DNA from: Gekko japonicus
Taxonomy: Eukaryota
Assembly (NCBI RefSeq): GCF_001447785.1
Contig: NW_015164181.1
Location: 2,082,891-2,146,890 of the forward strand
DNA: 64,000 bases
Reading direction: 5' to 3'
Below the pieces are notes generated by a model. The model was not told the origin of the DNA. It saw only the letters and a program-made list of their open reading frames with translations, and ran no database searches. The position numbers and the translations under genes were made by a program. The first letter of the stretch is position 1. Each line of letters opens with the position of its first letter. This document shows positions 38,558-51,715 of this stretch, in pieces.

Positions 38558-38760
38558 TAGCACCTTAAAGACTAACAAACATGCATTTCAGCACGAGCTG
38601 TCATGAGTCAGCATTCACTTCCCCGGGTGCATCATCCACAGCCTTGGTTACATACCTAGCCACAGCGGCGAGGGATGGGGGGTGTTGCAAAGAAAGGCTT
38701 TGACCAAATCCAGTCCAAAGTGAGCTCTGACTCATGAAAGCTCACGCTGAAATAAATTCA
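38558..38760. mobile_element. Penelope-like inverted-repeat relic, degenerate hammerhead halves
   Basis: tagcaccttaaagactaac...ttcagcacgagctgtcatgagtcag pairs with ctgactcatgaaagctcacgctgaa; another relic at ~39070-39150. Confidence 0.65.
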
Positions 38761-39244
38761 GGGTGACGGAGGGGTGCCTCTAACCAAATTCTCTGCATCC
38801 TCGTGAGACTACAGTTTGGGCGGGTGGTGGTGGTGGTAATTAAAGCAATTATAGCAATTAAACTGGTATAAGACCAATATTTGTGTTATTATGCAAGAAA
38901 CTTTTTTCACTTTCCCAAACTAGTCCTCATCAGGGTTTTTTTTAAATCATCTCCAGTGTGGACACAAAAGCTTTGTGTTGGTGCCTGTGTGATTTGAGAT
39001 GATTAACTGATACAGAAGGTAGAATGCCTGGGAGAGTGAGTGGGAAAAAACCTGAGAACAGAGAGAAGGGAAAGGACTTGTATCTGATAAAGCGAGCTTT
39101 GACTCTCAGAATCTTGTTGGTTTCTACAGTGCTACTGGACTTGAATCTAGTAGTAATTCTCAGGGGTTTGAGAGACTGATGAAAAGATGTCAGCAAACTT
39201 TCGCATTGCTTGGTAGAGCTCAGTGCTGTCCAAGGGACTTTGTT

Positions 39245-39401
39245 TCATACCATAGATTGGCATGCCAGCCAAATCTGCAATCATGTCCATCCAATGCTAA
39301 AAGCTTCTTGTTGTCCAAATTTATCCACTGCTCTATCCAAGTAAAGCAGATCGCTTCGTAATACAGTCTGAAATTCGGCAACTGAAATCCTCCTCTTTCT
39401 A
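39245..39401 (-). mobile_element. Internal L1 ORF2 fragment flanked by a 17-bp direct repeat
   Basis: Translates ERGGFQLPNFRLYYEAICFTWIEQWINLDNKKLLALDGHDCRFGWHANLWY; repeat GTCCAAGGGACTTTGTT at 39228-44 and 39402-18. Confidence 0.8.
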
Positions 39402-39480
39402 GTCCAAGGGACTTTGTTAAAGAACACCGTGGTTGATTTGTACATAACCAAGGTACCCCCCCCCCGAGATAATTATTGCA

Positions 39481-39665
39481 AGGTGTTCCCTCTAAGCTGA
39501 GTTAGTGTGAGCTAGCTCAGTTTTTTAGCCTCCGGCTCACACATTTTTGACTCAGCTCAGGAAGGATGTCTCCAGAGCAAAGTAATTTATGCCGCAGTCA
39601 AATCGCTCGCTCACAACTTTAATGCCAGTAGCTCACAAAGTAGAATTTTTGCTCACAAGACTCCA
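39481..39665 (+). mobile_element. hAT MITE family A, 3'-truncated
   Basis: gtgttccctctaagctgagttagtgtgagc...gctcacaagactcca. Confidence 0.87.
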
Positions 39666-39780
39666 GTAAATTTCTTTGCAGTACTTGAGGTCGGTATCTG
39701 TAGTTCTGCAAGAGCTGACACTGGTGCTCAGGTGGTGACCCTGGTCTCATCTGGCCCTGTCTTGTTCCTCCCCTCCCCAG

Positions 39781-40598
39781 CTGAGCCTGCTCAGCCCCCT
39801 TCTTCCTCCAGCAGCGGCAGTTCGGACGATGCCATTCGCTCCATCCTGCAGCAAGCCCGGCGTGAAATGGAAGCACAGCAAGCCGCCCTGGAACCGGCCT
39901 TAAAAGTAACCCCCCTGTCCCAAGCAGAGATATCCATCTTGTCCCCGAAACTGATCTCTGCATCGGCCTCCAGCTATTCTCCCCTGGCCATGTCCTTGAA
40001 GAAGCATTCGTCCTCGGTGGATTCCGGCGTCTCCTCCCTGCCGAACCCCTCTGGATTGAAGAAGGAGGCCCAAGAGGCCCCCATTCTCGATCTCCACGGT
40101 ATCTCCGACTCGACGCAAGGAGTGCTGAGGCACGTTAAAAACGAACTGGGGCGGAGCGGGGTGTGGAAAGACAACTGGTGGAACACTGTGCAGCCGGAGA
40201 GGAGAAACGCAGCTCCTCCCGAAGACCCCAAAGTCGAGGAGGTCCCCAGCGGGAAGGAGAAGGCCAGCAGCCAGTCTCGGTCGGATCGTAGCCAGCAGCT
40301 CCAGGGGCCCTCCTCTTCAGACTACTGGAAGGAGTGGCCAAACGCGGAGTCCCCCTATTCCCAGAGCTCTGAACTGAGTGTGACGGGGGCCAGTCGCAGC
40401 GAGACGCCTCAAAACAGCCCCCTCCCTTCCTCCCCCATCGTCCCTCTGTCAAAGCCATCTAAACCTTCCGTTCCTCCACTCACCCCTGAGCAGTATGAGA
40501 TTTATATGTACCAGGAAGTGGATACGATAGAGCTAACCCGTCAGGTCAAAGAGAAGCTAGCAAAGAATGGCATCTGCCAAAGGATATTTGGGGAAAAG
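39781..40598 (+). CDS. CUX1: CUX1 exon 18 equivalent (818 bp), linker plus first half of CUT repeat 2
   Basis: ccctccccag acceptor and AAG|gtaagg donor; [20 protein letters not shown]...[29 protein letters not shown]. Confidence 0.98.
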
Positions 40599-41996
40599 GT
40601 AAGGATTTGCCTGAGTTCTCCTCTTTTTGTGGTGGTTAGTCCTGTTACGGCTGGCACTAGGCAATGGGGGGGGGGAGATTGTTTGCAGTGAAAACACCTC
40701 CCAACTTGGTACCGGGTAAACGCTGATTTTTAGCAAAGTTTATCTGTGTTTCAGTCACAATAACTGCTACTTCCCATCTTCATGGACTTACCTCGCTGCC
40801 TTATGCTAAGCCAGGCCCAGTCAGGGTTCTCTCCTCTGGCCAGGAGAGGCTTTGCAAGGTCTCAGAGATCTTCCACATCACTTACTACCCGATCCTGTTA
40901 ACTGGAGATTCTAGGGATTGAACCTGGGACCTTCTGCACACCAAGCAGATGCTCTTTCACCCAGCCGTGGCCCCTTCCTGTTAGCTGATTGTGAGGTGGA
41001 CTGGAGATGGTAGTTCATTATGGGGCCTTCTTTTGTTCTCTGCTTGCCTACATGCAACATCTTCCTCACGGCTACTGTGGGGCTCCCGGCTAATGTTCTC
41101 GTCTGGTCGACGTGTGAAATGAACACTGAGCCTTGAACACCTTTGAGTGGAGATGCTGATTCTGAATAAATGAATCTCAGCTAAATAAGCGCCAGAACAG
41201 AAGACAGAAGGCATATTTTGGAGATATTCTTTGCCAAGAAGGTGTTTTGTGCCTCTCAAGATGCACCTGTTTTGAGGTCTTCTCTTAAGAGCATGGCGTG
41301 GTAGCACCTAAAACTTGAGGTTCTGGTCAGTTGCCAGCTTGTACGCTGGACTGTGCAAGCACGCCCTTGTGCATGCATGTAAATAGCCACTGGTCTGGTT
41401 TCCTCCGATGAGTCAGAATGATTGCCTGAAAGGGGTGTTCTTTTGTTCCCCTACAAAGAGGAAGGGGTGTTCTTTTGTTCATTCTTTCTTACAAATAGCT
41501 ACTGTGGGTATTAGTGGTAGATGGGCTGGTGAATATTTTTTTGTGGTCTTAAGTCATGTTTATTTTCAAGGCCACTTTGGTAAATGGCAGCCTATTCTTT
41601 TTAGGGCATCACTGTAGACATGTGGCAACAAAAAACAATTGTGAATATTCTGCCACCATTTATCTATTAACCGAGTATACTTGGGAGATCAGGTGCGCAG
41701 CATTAGCCAAAAACAACCCTCAGTGTAACAAACACAGTAATATTATTTAAAGCAGAAACCAACCAACTTCTGGAGCCTGAGGAAGGGTGTCCAAATTGTG
41801 CAAGGACCAGATTCTGTCTCTCTGTCTGTCTTGCTCCTCAGCCCCGTCTTAAGAAGTTGGTGGGAAAGGGTGATTGTAAGACGAGAAGAGCCTCTGCCCA
41901 GTTTGGGGGCTGCAGGTGGAGGAGGGATTGGCCCCAGATATTTGGGCAACATATCTTACCCAATGGGCACTCTTCTATTTGAACATACCTTGCTGG

Positions 41997-42202
41997 CAGT
42001 GTTCCCTCTAAGCTGAGTTAGTGTGAGCTAGCTCATAGTTTTTTAGCCTCCAGCTCACACATGTTTGTCTTAGCTCAGGAAGGATGGCTCCAGAGCAAAC
42101 TAATGTATGCAGTGGCCAAATTGCTTGCTCACAACTTTAATTCCAGTAGCTCACAAAGTAGAATTTTTGCTCACAAGACTCCACAGCTTAGAGGGAACAT
42201 TG
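41997..42202 (+). mobile_element. hAT MITE family A
   Basis: TIRs plus perfect TSD CTTGCTGG (41989-96, 42203-10). Confidence 0.92.
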
Positions 42203-42362
42203 CTTGCTGGTTCCCCTCTTGAGAAAGGAGGCAGATGCCCACAAGATGGCGACATGTTCTCCTGGCTGTCCCGATCTGGTGCAGGGAGGGGGCCAAGAAA
42301 AACCGGGGCGGAAGGAGCCCAGTGCGGGACCATGGGCTACCTGCTGGTCTCGTCTGCTCTAA

Positions 42363-42596
<234 letters not shown>

Positions 42597-45135
42597 TGAC
42601 TGGGAACCCTCAGCCACCCGTCTCTCACAGCGAAAGCTTCAAGCGTTAGCTTGGATTCTTTGGGTTTTGTATCCATTTGGTTGAAGAATGGGTTTCCCTG
42701 AAATTTGCACATGTGGGAATTCCCCTGCACTTTGGTATCCAGAGGTGGCCGGGGATTGAAGCATCATGGATAGAAATGGCAGTATCTTGCGGGACAAGGT
42801 ATGCCCAAGCGTGTACACCGTGGTGGTCAAGACAAAAGATTTGCTTTGAGCAAAAACATATTCCTTCCCAGTGTTGCTCTCTGATACTAGTGTGGGATGA
42901 AACACTCTGCTTCCTTGACTTGTTGCATGGTGGGGGCAGGGAGTACCCTACCTCTAGAAGCCAGGAGCTTCCAAAATATAATGCAAGGGAGATGTAGAGA
43001 GAGTCCAAGAAACATGAAAGCTTCCCTCGCTTTGCACACCAACACTTGCGCTTTGACGCATATGCCAGAAGCGGAGGCTTCCCCCCGCTTGTGGGATTTG
43101 TCAGTGTTTCAGAACTCTTCAGGTTCTGACAGCTTGCAGGAACCCTCAAGTAACACCTACTTTCCCCCTTTTCCATTCCTTTAACTTATTTGTCTCCAGA
43201 CTGAGGGCAGGTAAGAAGAGGAACCTATCTAGGTTCAAACCGATCAGCCAGAACTTTGGAGTTAAAGGTTAGTCTCTAGAAATCCAGAATGCCTTCTTCC
43301 CATTCTCAGATCTTACCCCCTTGCTCACTGGGACATTGTGATGCTTCTGCACACTCAGAAAGTCCAGGCTAATTCAGGGGACTTGCAAGCCGGATTAGCA
43401 TGCATAGCTGAGGATGCCTTGAGCAGGGAAAGAACCTGTTGCAAAGCCCAGACAGTGTATTCTGAGTGGATTAATTGTACTCTGGCTCCCGACAGTCGTC
43501 GGTGGTTTTCATTTCTGACCTGAGATCTATTAAGTGGGGATAAAAATCATTTGTGCAGACCGTGAAGTTTAAGACATTTAGCAATGACTTGCTTAAGAGC
43601 AGATAACTTCCAAGTGCTCTGAAGGGAACTTGAGCTAGCCTAGCCAATGGCAAAGAGGCTAAGCCCCAGGTCAGCAAGATCTTAGTTCAAGTCTTGTCTC
43701 TGCCTGCCATGAATTCACAAGGAAGCCTTGGGCAAGCTGCGTCTGCAGTATGAGGGATATAAAGTATTATCCAGTCTTAAATATTGCAGTAAAATAATGT
43801 ACAAGAAGCACCGAAATCTTGAAATCGTTATAGCGAGAAAGGCCAAGCAACAATAACTATGGCAAGGAAATGGCTACCATCTCATTATTTTGTTTGTTTG
43901 TTTATTTAGAAAAGTTTTATACTGCTTCTCCAAGGAACCTGCCTGAAGTGGCTTAGAAGATAAAACATAATAACAACATAAAATGTTTAAAAGTTATCAA
44001 TTAAAATCCAGAATTAAAAACCCAGCCAGAGTATGAGAACAGGTAATTGGGAAGCTTAAAGTAACAATTTTCAGCCAGAGCATAAAAACAGAGAATTGAG
44101 CATCTTAAAATAAAAGGTTTTAGGCTAAAAGTACATTGTAAAATGGTGTTATAATGGACTTTGGGCATTCATGCGTCCTTAAAGGCCTGAAATCATGGAG
44201 TTGTCCCAGCAAATGCTGACAAGCACCATTAGGTAGCTGTTCACATCCAGAGGTCCAGCGTGGGGGTTTTCACATGTGCCGGATGTTTGCACTCTTCTTT
44301 GCGAATGTCAGCTCTGCATGCTTGACATACGCATTAACACAAATGTTAAACTGCAAGATCAGGAAGTAACTCTCTAGCGACGATTCAAAATAGGCTTTCA
44401 ACTGCATAAAGCCTTTACACATTGGGAATCAGGATTTTGTTCATCCGTTTGGTGCACCCTTCCTGCTTGGACATGTGTTGGGCATTATGTTGCCACCAAA
44501 AATGTGGATTTCACTGAGTCTGGTGGTTGACCATTAATGAATTGGGGGCTGTATTGGATAGCCAGATAAATACCTCAGCTGATATCCAGCTGAAAAAATA
44601 CCCAAAAAATACCGGTAAGCTTCCTTTGACAGCTCCAGCTACTCTACACACAATCATTTTAATAGGGGTCACGCTGATATCTGGTGGTTGACCATTAATG
44701 ATATCTTGGTAGGCCAAAATCATGCAGTCCATTCCAGGATTTTTGAGATCAGCCATGCATTTTGGGCGCACACACTGAATTTTATGCTCACATGCCCTTG
44801 TTCTGGCACGAGGCCCATACATGGATGACTCGGGTGTGGGGGGAGGGCAGGCACGCATGGTGGACGTAGCAGGAAGATGAAATCTTGCATCCCTACCATG
44901 CAAAGGAATAGGTAAGGTATGGTGTCCTCTGAACCAGGCCGCAGAGCTTTTATCCTGGAGGAGCAAGCCAGTTTAGTTGTGCAGCTTTCCTCGCTTGTGA
45001 TACTTTATAAAGCTTGAAGCAGTTTTGAGCCGACTGTGACCCTTTGAAGTCAAAGCCAGTGCCAGTGGTACTGGCAAGAAGTGGGTCGTGTGCTTCTCGT
45101 GCCTCTTCCTGATAGCCCTCCTTTTCTTTCTCCAG

Positions 45136-45192
45136 TCCTTCCCTCTGCGTCGTCGCTACAAGATTCCCTCCAGCAGGGATGTGCAAGCTCAG
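45136..45192 (+). CDS. CUX1: CUX1 exon 20 equivalent (57 bp), (V)LPSASSLQDSLQQGCASS(E)
   Basis: ttctccag acceptor and CAG|gtaatt donor; resembles human VLHSVTSLQDPLQQGCVSS. Confidence 0.93.
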
Positions 45193-46220
45193 GTAATTGG
45201 CTGGTTTCTTACTGACTCTTTTGCTTTGCTGTTTCTGCTTCTGTTTGGAGGGGTGGGGGAAGCAGGTGGGCTGGCCTCCTTTCTCAACTTGTGTCTTGGA
45301 GGTAGCACCTCCACATTTCCTGGATAGAGCGGTGCGCTTTTGTGCATTTAGCCGGTATGATTCCTTCACTCTTTCTGATGGCCACGTAGCCCCTGGGGAC
45401 CATGGAGGTGTTCGGTAGAATTCCATTATTGCAGCAGAATTCTGGTTTTAAGTAAGTCACTTGGAGAGCTAAAGTGCCATAGAAGCTAGGACACCCAGCC
45501 GTGAACCAGGCAGTCCCCAGTTCTGATCTTCCCTCTGACAGTGTCTCCTTCCCCATCCCTTTTCTGCAATACAGGAATAGTAATGCTGTTTATCATCAGG
45601 ATTTATTATAAAGAAGGTCAGTGTGCTTGAAGTGCCACGGACACTTGACTGTGTGGCAAAAATGAAAAGTGTGTTGTTTGGTAGCTGAAGAGTGAGGACT
45701 TGCATTGTGGAGTGCTTTTCTGTGCTATGCGTCGCGCGTCTCTCATCCCTGTCCCGTTCTTGATCATTTTCCTTTTCCAATTCTTGTATGAAACCTGGTC
45801 CTAACCGTACAGTAGACTTTTTCCAGGTGCTTGCATTGATTAAAGATTGACCCAAAGGCACAACTGCGTGTTAGCTGAAAAGTGTTGAGGGCTGATAACA
45901 GAGGCAGCGGGGAAGCAAAGCTTGGGGCAGTGCCACATCTCTTCGCACATTTTGGAATTCTTCCCCCTCAAGCCAGATAGGGCCGGGAGTGGGGGGCCAG
46001 GTCTCACTCTTTGGGAGACCTCCTGCTCTGCACCCTCAGGCACCCGCTGCTGTGTCATGGAATTCGCATAGCTGAAACAGCATTTAAGGAGAATACTAGA
46101 GTGCCTCCCAGATGTGATTCCAGGTTTGTGCCCAAACCGTCACTGCAGCGTCATCGCAATGCTAATGTACCCCCCCCCTCATTTTTTTCCCGCTTCTCCA
46201 CAGCAGTAGGGGTCCAGGGG

Positions 46221-46426
46221 TAATGCTTCCTCTAAGCTGTGGAGTCTTGTGAGCAAAAATTCTACTTTGTGAGCTACTGGCACTAAAGTTGTGAGCGAGC
46301 GATTCGGCTGCTGCATGAATTAGTTTGCTCTGGAGCCATCCTTCCCGAGCTAAGACAAAATAGTGTGAGCTGGAGGCTAAAAAACTGTGAGCTAGCTCAC
46401 ACTAACTCAGCTTAGAGGGAACACTG
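46221..46426 (-). mobile_element. hAT MITE family A, inverted orientation
   Basis: Reverse complement of 41997-42202; TSD TCCAGGGG / GCCAGGGG. Confidence 0.9.
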
Positions 46427-47412
46427 GCCAGGGGTACTGAGCAGGTGGTAAAACCATAGAGTTTCAGGTGAACCCTAGAGCATCACCCTGACACATAGAT
46501 TTCATTTCCAGGCCCATGCCAACTTTGGGTGCCACAGCATTGACATGACGCCGATTATGTTGTCTGTGTCGGTCCCCGCCTCCTAGACTGTCCCAGGGTT
46601 GCATGGCTGGCAACCCTGGGTGGGAAGTTGAGCGCATCAAAATCCAGGGGGCCTGAAAGAACTTCTTTCTTTTGTTTGTTTATAGTCTGTCGTCTGTTCA
46701 GCACCGGGGTGGGCAAATTTTGCAGCCTGAGTGCCCCATCTGGGCCTCTGCAGGCTTTTGAGGAAGGGCTCCAAGTTGAACGGCGACCCTTCCAGAAACA
46801 AGAGGAGCTGCTGGCCAATGTAGAGCACTCCAAAACAGGCAAAGACACCCAGACCGGGCCGTCTTTACCACTCTGCTGCTGCTCTCAGTGGCATTTCACT
46901 CTCAAGCTGGCAAACCGTTTTTCAAGAACATCAGCCACTAGCCAAGGCTGGAGCACAGTCCGCTTTTTATCCTGGGTACCCAGTCCTCACGAGAGAGACT
47001 GTGTACACAACTGAACTGGGACTGCCCCAATGTCAAACTAGGACGCTGAGAAGAATCGCTGCTCGAGGGCTGGGATGTCCCACACGATGCAGCCTGAACA
47101 GTCAAGGAAACACTTGTGTATTTTCTGTCAGCCTCGTTCAAAATATGCAATTATATCTTTTTTGATCAGAGAGGGGAATTGGCAGGCTCCTGCTCCCATC
47201 TTCCGCACACTTATCTTTCCACCTCAGTGCTCTAACGCCCTTGGGTGAATCCTGTCGTTCTTAAAATGTACGTGTCGAATCCGCTGATCCAGTCACGAGG
47301 GAGTAAAAAAAAAAAAACCATACCAGAAGAATCTGAATTTCTCTGTACTTCCCCTCATGAATTTTTGCTACAGACTTAACTGTGTTATTGATTGCTGAAA
47401 TTGGGTTCTGTC

Positions 47413-47416
<4 letters not shown>

Positions 47417-47500
<84 letters not shown>
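47417..47500. repeat. Compound (TG)n(AG)n microsatellite
   Basis: Directly visible. Confidence 0.97.
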
Positions 47501-47502
<2 letters not shown>

Positions 47503-50094
47503 ACACACAACTCTTATTTGAAATCCTTTATAGTAGACTTTCCCTAAAGGTGCTTGTGTGGCTCACGTAATCTGACGCAGTGGTCTGAGGGGCTGACTTG
47601 GCTCAAGGAGATGCAAGCCGTTGTCAGCCACGTGGATTGTACGACATTCTACTAGCCGCTATCACACTCTCTCAGCCTTCCTCACAGAAGAGAATGCGTT
47701 GCCCTGAGATCATGATGGAAAACATGGGATAAAGATGTACCAGGGTAGCTTTAGAGAGCCTTGCTGTTTTGACTCTCCGGACTTTGCAGCCCCCCTCCCT
47801 GTCTCTACTGCATTGTGGGTCTTTCCGGGGGGACCTGGAGGCACCAGAAATACAGCAACCCATTTGCAGCACTTGTGCATTCATGGTTAATACCATTTTG
47901 CAATGTGATAGGTGATACCATTTTGCAGTGTGCGCACGCTCTCTCCCTCTTTCTCGAAATCAAGACTGCTCATTTGTGGGTACAGCTGTGGGTGATCCCG
48001 GGAGGCCTTCAGATGTCTCTCTCACATTTCTTCCTTCCTGGGTATCATTCATCATTCCAAGTTTCACACAGCTTAAGTGCAAGTAACTGTCACGGGATGG
48101 AGGGAGGCCTTAATTGGGGGACCTAATTTAGAAGATTTCTTTTGTCAGAATTAGAATCAAGTCATATAGTGTCCAGAAATAAGGAATCGGGGCAAGGGGT
48201 GTCTGAAGCCTGTGAAGTGATTGGACGAGCTGCTCTGAGGTCACAGGAAGGTGGGGTGGGCAGGAGGACTATCGACTGTGGTAGGGCTGCAGAAATCCTG
48301 GAGGGGGACTTGGAGGGATGGAAGGATCATGGAGTTAGGAAAACGGGGGTCTTGGAGCAAATGTTAAAGGAGGGGCCACAGATCAATGGAACAGCCCCTA
48401 TTTTGCTTATAATAGGTCCCGGAGAGGGAGCGTAGCGCAGTGGTCAGGGTGTAAGACAGGAACCTAGGAGACTTGCGATGAACACATCCCAGTAGGTGGG
48501 GTTCAAATCCCTGCTCTGTCATAAACTCACTGGATGATCTTGGGGCAGTTAGACCCTCTTGGCCTAACGTACCTCACGGTGATGTCAAAAAGGGGGCAAG
48601 AGTAGAACCAACCTGAGCTTCGGGGGGGGGGGGAGAAAAGTGTGTGGCTAGGAGTTCAGGCACCAGGTGTTGGGGAAAGACCTTGCCTGGCCTCAGAGAG
48701 CCACTGCCACTCTTAGGAGACAAGACTGAGCTAGGGGATTCTTGGGCTGACCCATGATACAGCCTCTTCATAGATTCACGTGGTTGAGCTGGCCTCAGTC
48801 TGGGCACAGGGGAATGCAGAGATTAACCCATGCTTTGCCATGGGTCAGCTTTATATCTCAGTGCAAATGGGCCAGAAGCCCTGCTCTCAGAAACCTAGCT
48901 ACTTTCCTTTTCTCACAGCCCCCTGCTCTAGGGCAGCTGCTTGTGTTGCAGGTTAGCTTTTCCACTTGTGCCATTGTGATTTCCGCGTGGTTAGTGCCTC
49001 TCTTGCTAGCTTTCACTTTCCATACTTCACATCTCTTTCCATTCCCTGCATCCCCATATCAGAAACAGCTCTGGATGCTTTCCCGTCAAGTTTTTATTTG
49101 AAGATGACTTCAAGGGTTGCAAAGACTTAGGCAGATTTTAAGAAGAATAGGAGCTTGGAGCTGGCACTTTGCCTTCTGGAGATTTCTGGTCTTTGGGGGG
49201 TGGCCAGGAGGGGTGGGGGGGGGGGGGGTCCAGCATCTAGGGGAAACCAGCGGGCATTCTGCACTTAACTGGCAGCTGCTCAAGCAAGTCAGGAATGAAA
49301 GCCAGGTGGCAATTCTCTGCAGGCTGGCAAGAGAACTGGCACAGGGTCATGGTGACTTTGGGGTGCTTTCAGGATCCTGTCGTTTTAAAGAAGCCACAAG
49401 GCTTTTGTGGGTTGGAGAAGTTGCATCGGAAGCATGCCAGGCAAAGGGTCCCTTCTGAGGGGGTCACTCCTTCGTCGCCTTTGATCGTGTCCCAAGTCTC
49501 TCCAAGCTGTGTCTTGGACTTGAGTATAAAATGAACAGATTGCAATCCCTAAAGCAGGCCAGATGATTTTCTCACTGCAAGCTTTTCAAGAAAGTTTGCA
49601 CTACAAAACTCCTGTTCCACATGGCAGGTGCAAAATGTTTTTTTAAATGTATAGCCCCCGTGCTCAGGCACATATGAAGCCGCCTTATACCAAGTGAATT
49701 CTTTGCTCCTCTCCAGGTCAGTCTTGCCTCCTCCGACTGGTAGTGACTCTCTTAGGCAGGAAAGGTCTTTCCCATCACCCGCTCCCCAAGATCCTTTCGC
49801 TAAAGCTGCCAGGGATTGTGTCTGGGACATTCTCCATACAAACCAGATGTTCCGTTACTGAACCTACTCAAGGAGGTATTTTGAATGCAGTTGGAATGCC
49901 TCATCAAACATTGTCTATGCCCACCGGCACCAGCTCTCCAAAGTCTAGAGCAGAGAAAAGTCACCACCTGCATTTTGCTGAGATGCAGCTGAGGATTCTA
50001 CCATCTCATTCTTGATATCTGGGGTCCAGTTTATCCATTCAGGAGAATCAAGCTGTAAAGGACTGTACCACTTTGGGCTAGCAGTGTGTGTGTG

Positions 50095-51715
50095 AATCAA
50101 TCAATCAAACTTTTATTGGCATATTGTATTAAAACTGACAGGCAAGGAAATACAAAAGTCATATGCACTTAGTGATACATTCTCTTAGAAATAAAAAATA
50201 AAAATTTGGCCACCATTTCCATAATCACTAAGGAGTAAGTAGAGAGTAAATAAGATATCTTCCATTCATCAGAATGATTTACTAGGATTCTCAACAAAGG
50301 CTTGAGATATAATGAGAACCTACCACACAGTACAGCTGAAAGCAGCACATTAAAACGGCCTAACATAAAAGCTCTTCGATAATGAGGAGTGGTTAAACAG
50401 AAAAAAATATTCTGCTATAAACCCTTGGGGAGGAACCCCTACCTTCAAAGGGGAGCATCTACCTGAAGCCAGGCTAATCAGCTTTTGGCGTTCTATGTCG
50501 AGGAGCCTTTGTTTACTCAAGTGAAAGGCTGAACTTTCTGACAAACGAAGAAGCTTTCCAAAACTAACTCCTATATGCGCGATCTTACTCTCCATACGGA
50601 GAAACCATGCCAAGGATGAGGACTCGGTAAGCATTTGTGAAATAAGAGGATTGAAATTAGCTCTAAAATCTAACCTGAGCCAAAATTTAAATGCCATAAT
50701 CCAAGCTTTCGTTTCCAAGAGACTCTGATTGGTCGCATAGGACACATGTGGGGGAAGGCCTAATATCTTCCGTAAAAAATTAGATTGGACTTTTTTCTAT
50801 ATCTTTATTAATAGCCAAAATCCATATTGGAACCCCATACATCAGTTTAGCACTGATCTTATGACTGAAAATCACCAAGGCTGCGGGCACATACTGATTG
50901 CCCTTAGTATAGTGAAAACAAGAAACTGCAAAGCATGGTACTATTGACAAATTCCTTTTTATGTACTGCCCACCTAAGGCTGTGATGAAAGTGTATTCCC
51001 AGGTATTTAAAGCTTGGAACCTGCTCAATCAGGTTACCCCTTACCTTCCATTTATTAGGCTTCCACGTCTTCCCAAAGGCAATGATTTTAGATTTTCCAA
51101 AATGTAAAGTTAATTTATTAACATCACAATATTCAAGAAAGCAGACTAAGAGTCTTTTCATTCCCACTTGAGTCAAAGAAAGAAGTACAGCATCATCTGC
51201 GTAGAGAAGCAACGGAAGATGGATCACCCCTGATTTGGGACTATGGCCATCAGTGGTTTTCAAGTAACAGTCTAGATCGTTCACAAAAAGATTAAATAGT
51301 AGCGGTTCTAGGGTGCAGCCTTGTTTTACTCCAAGATTTATTGGAATCTTAGGGGTTAAGTCGCCCTCGTTGGAGCATCTCACCTGGCAAGGAGTGTTGA
51401 GGTGGAGCTTCCTAATCAGGAAAAGCAACACGGGTCCCTTAGTTTTTTCCATAAAAGGTCTCTAGGGATGGAGTCGAAGGCTCCCTTCAAGTCTAGAAAG
51501 GCTGGAAATAACTTAGAGCGCCTCTCATTACTGTACTGGCTCACCAGATGACTTAAAGCAGCACAGTGGTCCAGAGTTGATTTTCCCCTGACAAAAGCCT
51601 GCTTGTTCTGGGCCCAGAATTTCCTGCTCAGACATCCAGGTCTTGAGTTTAGCCAGATGTGTGTGAGAGATGTCTTTGAAGGATCTCCTTGAAAAGAGTT
51701 TTCCTACACATAGAT
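50095..51715 (-). mobile_element. Non-LTR retrotransposon (RTE-X-like), RT domain to 3' end, degenerate
   Basis: ILGPEQAGF, LDLKGAFDSI, GVKQGCTLEPLLFNLF, LLLYADDAVL and FKYLGIHF motifs; AATAAA followed by a (TTGA)n tail on the minus strand; frameshifted. Clade is inferred. Confidence 0.85.

Noticed and set aside
39732-40691. 319-aa ORF as a stand-alone gene
   Set aside because: It is exon 18 plus read-through into flanking introns.
46820-46860. AGAGCACTCCAAAA (STPK) resembling the start of exon 21
   Set aside because: No acceptor in the right place and similarity ends after four codons; true exon 21 was not found in the window.
50904-51452. Active reverse transcriptase gene
   Set aside because: Frameshifts and stops on both sides and 5' truncation; a dead LINE copy.
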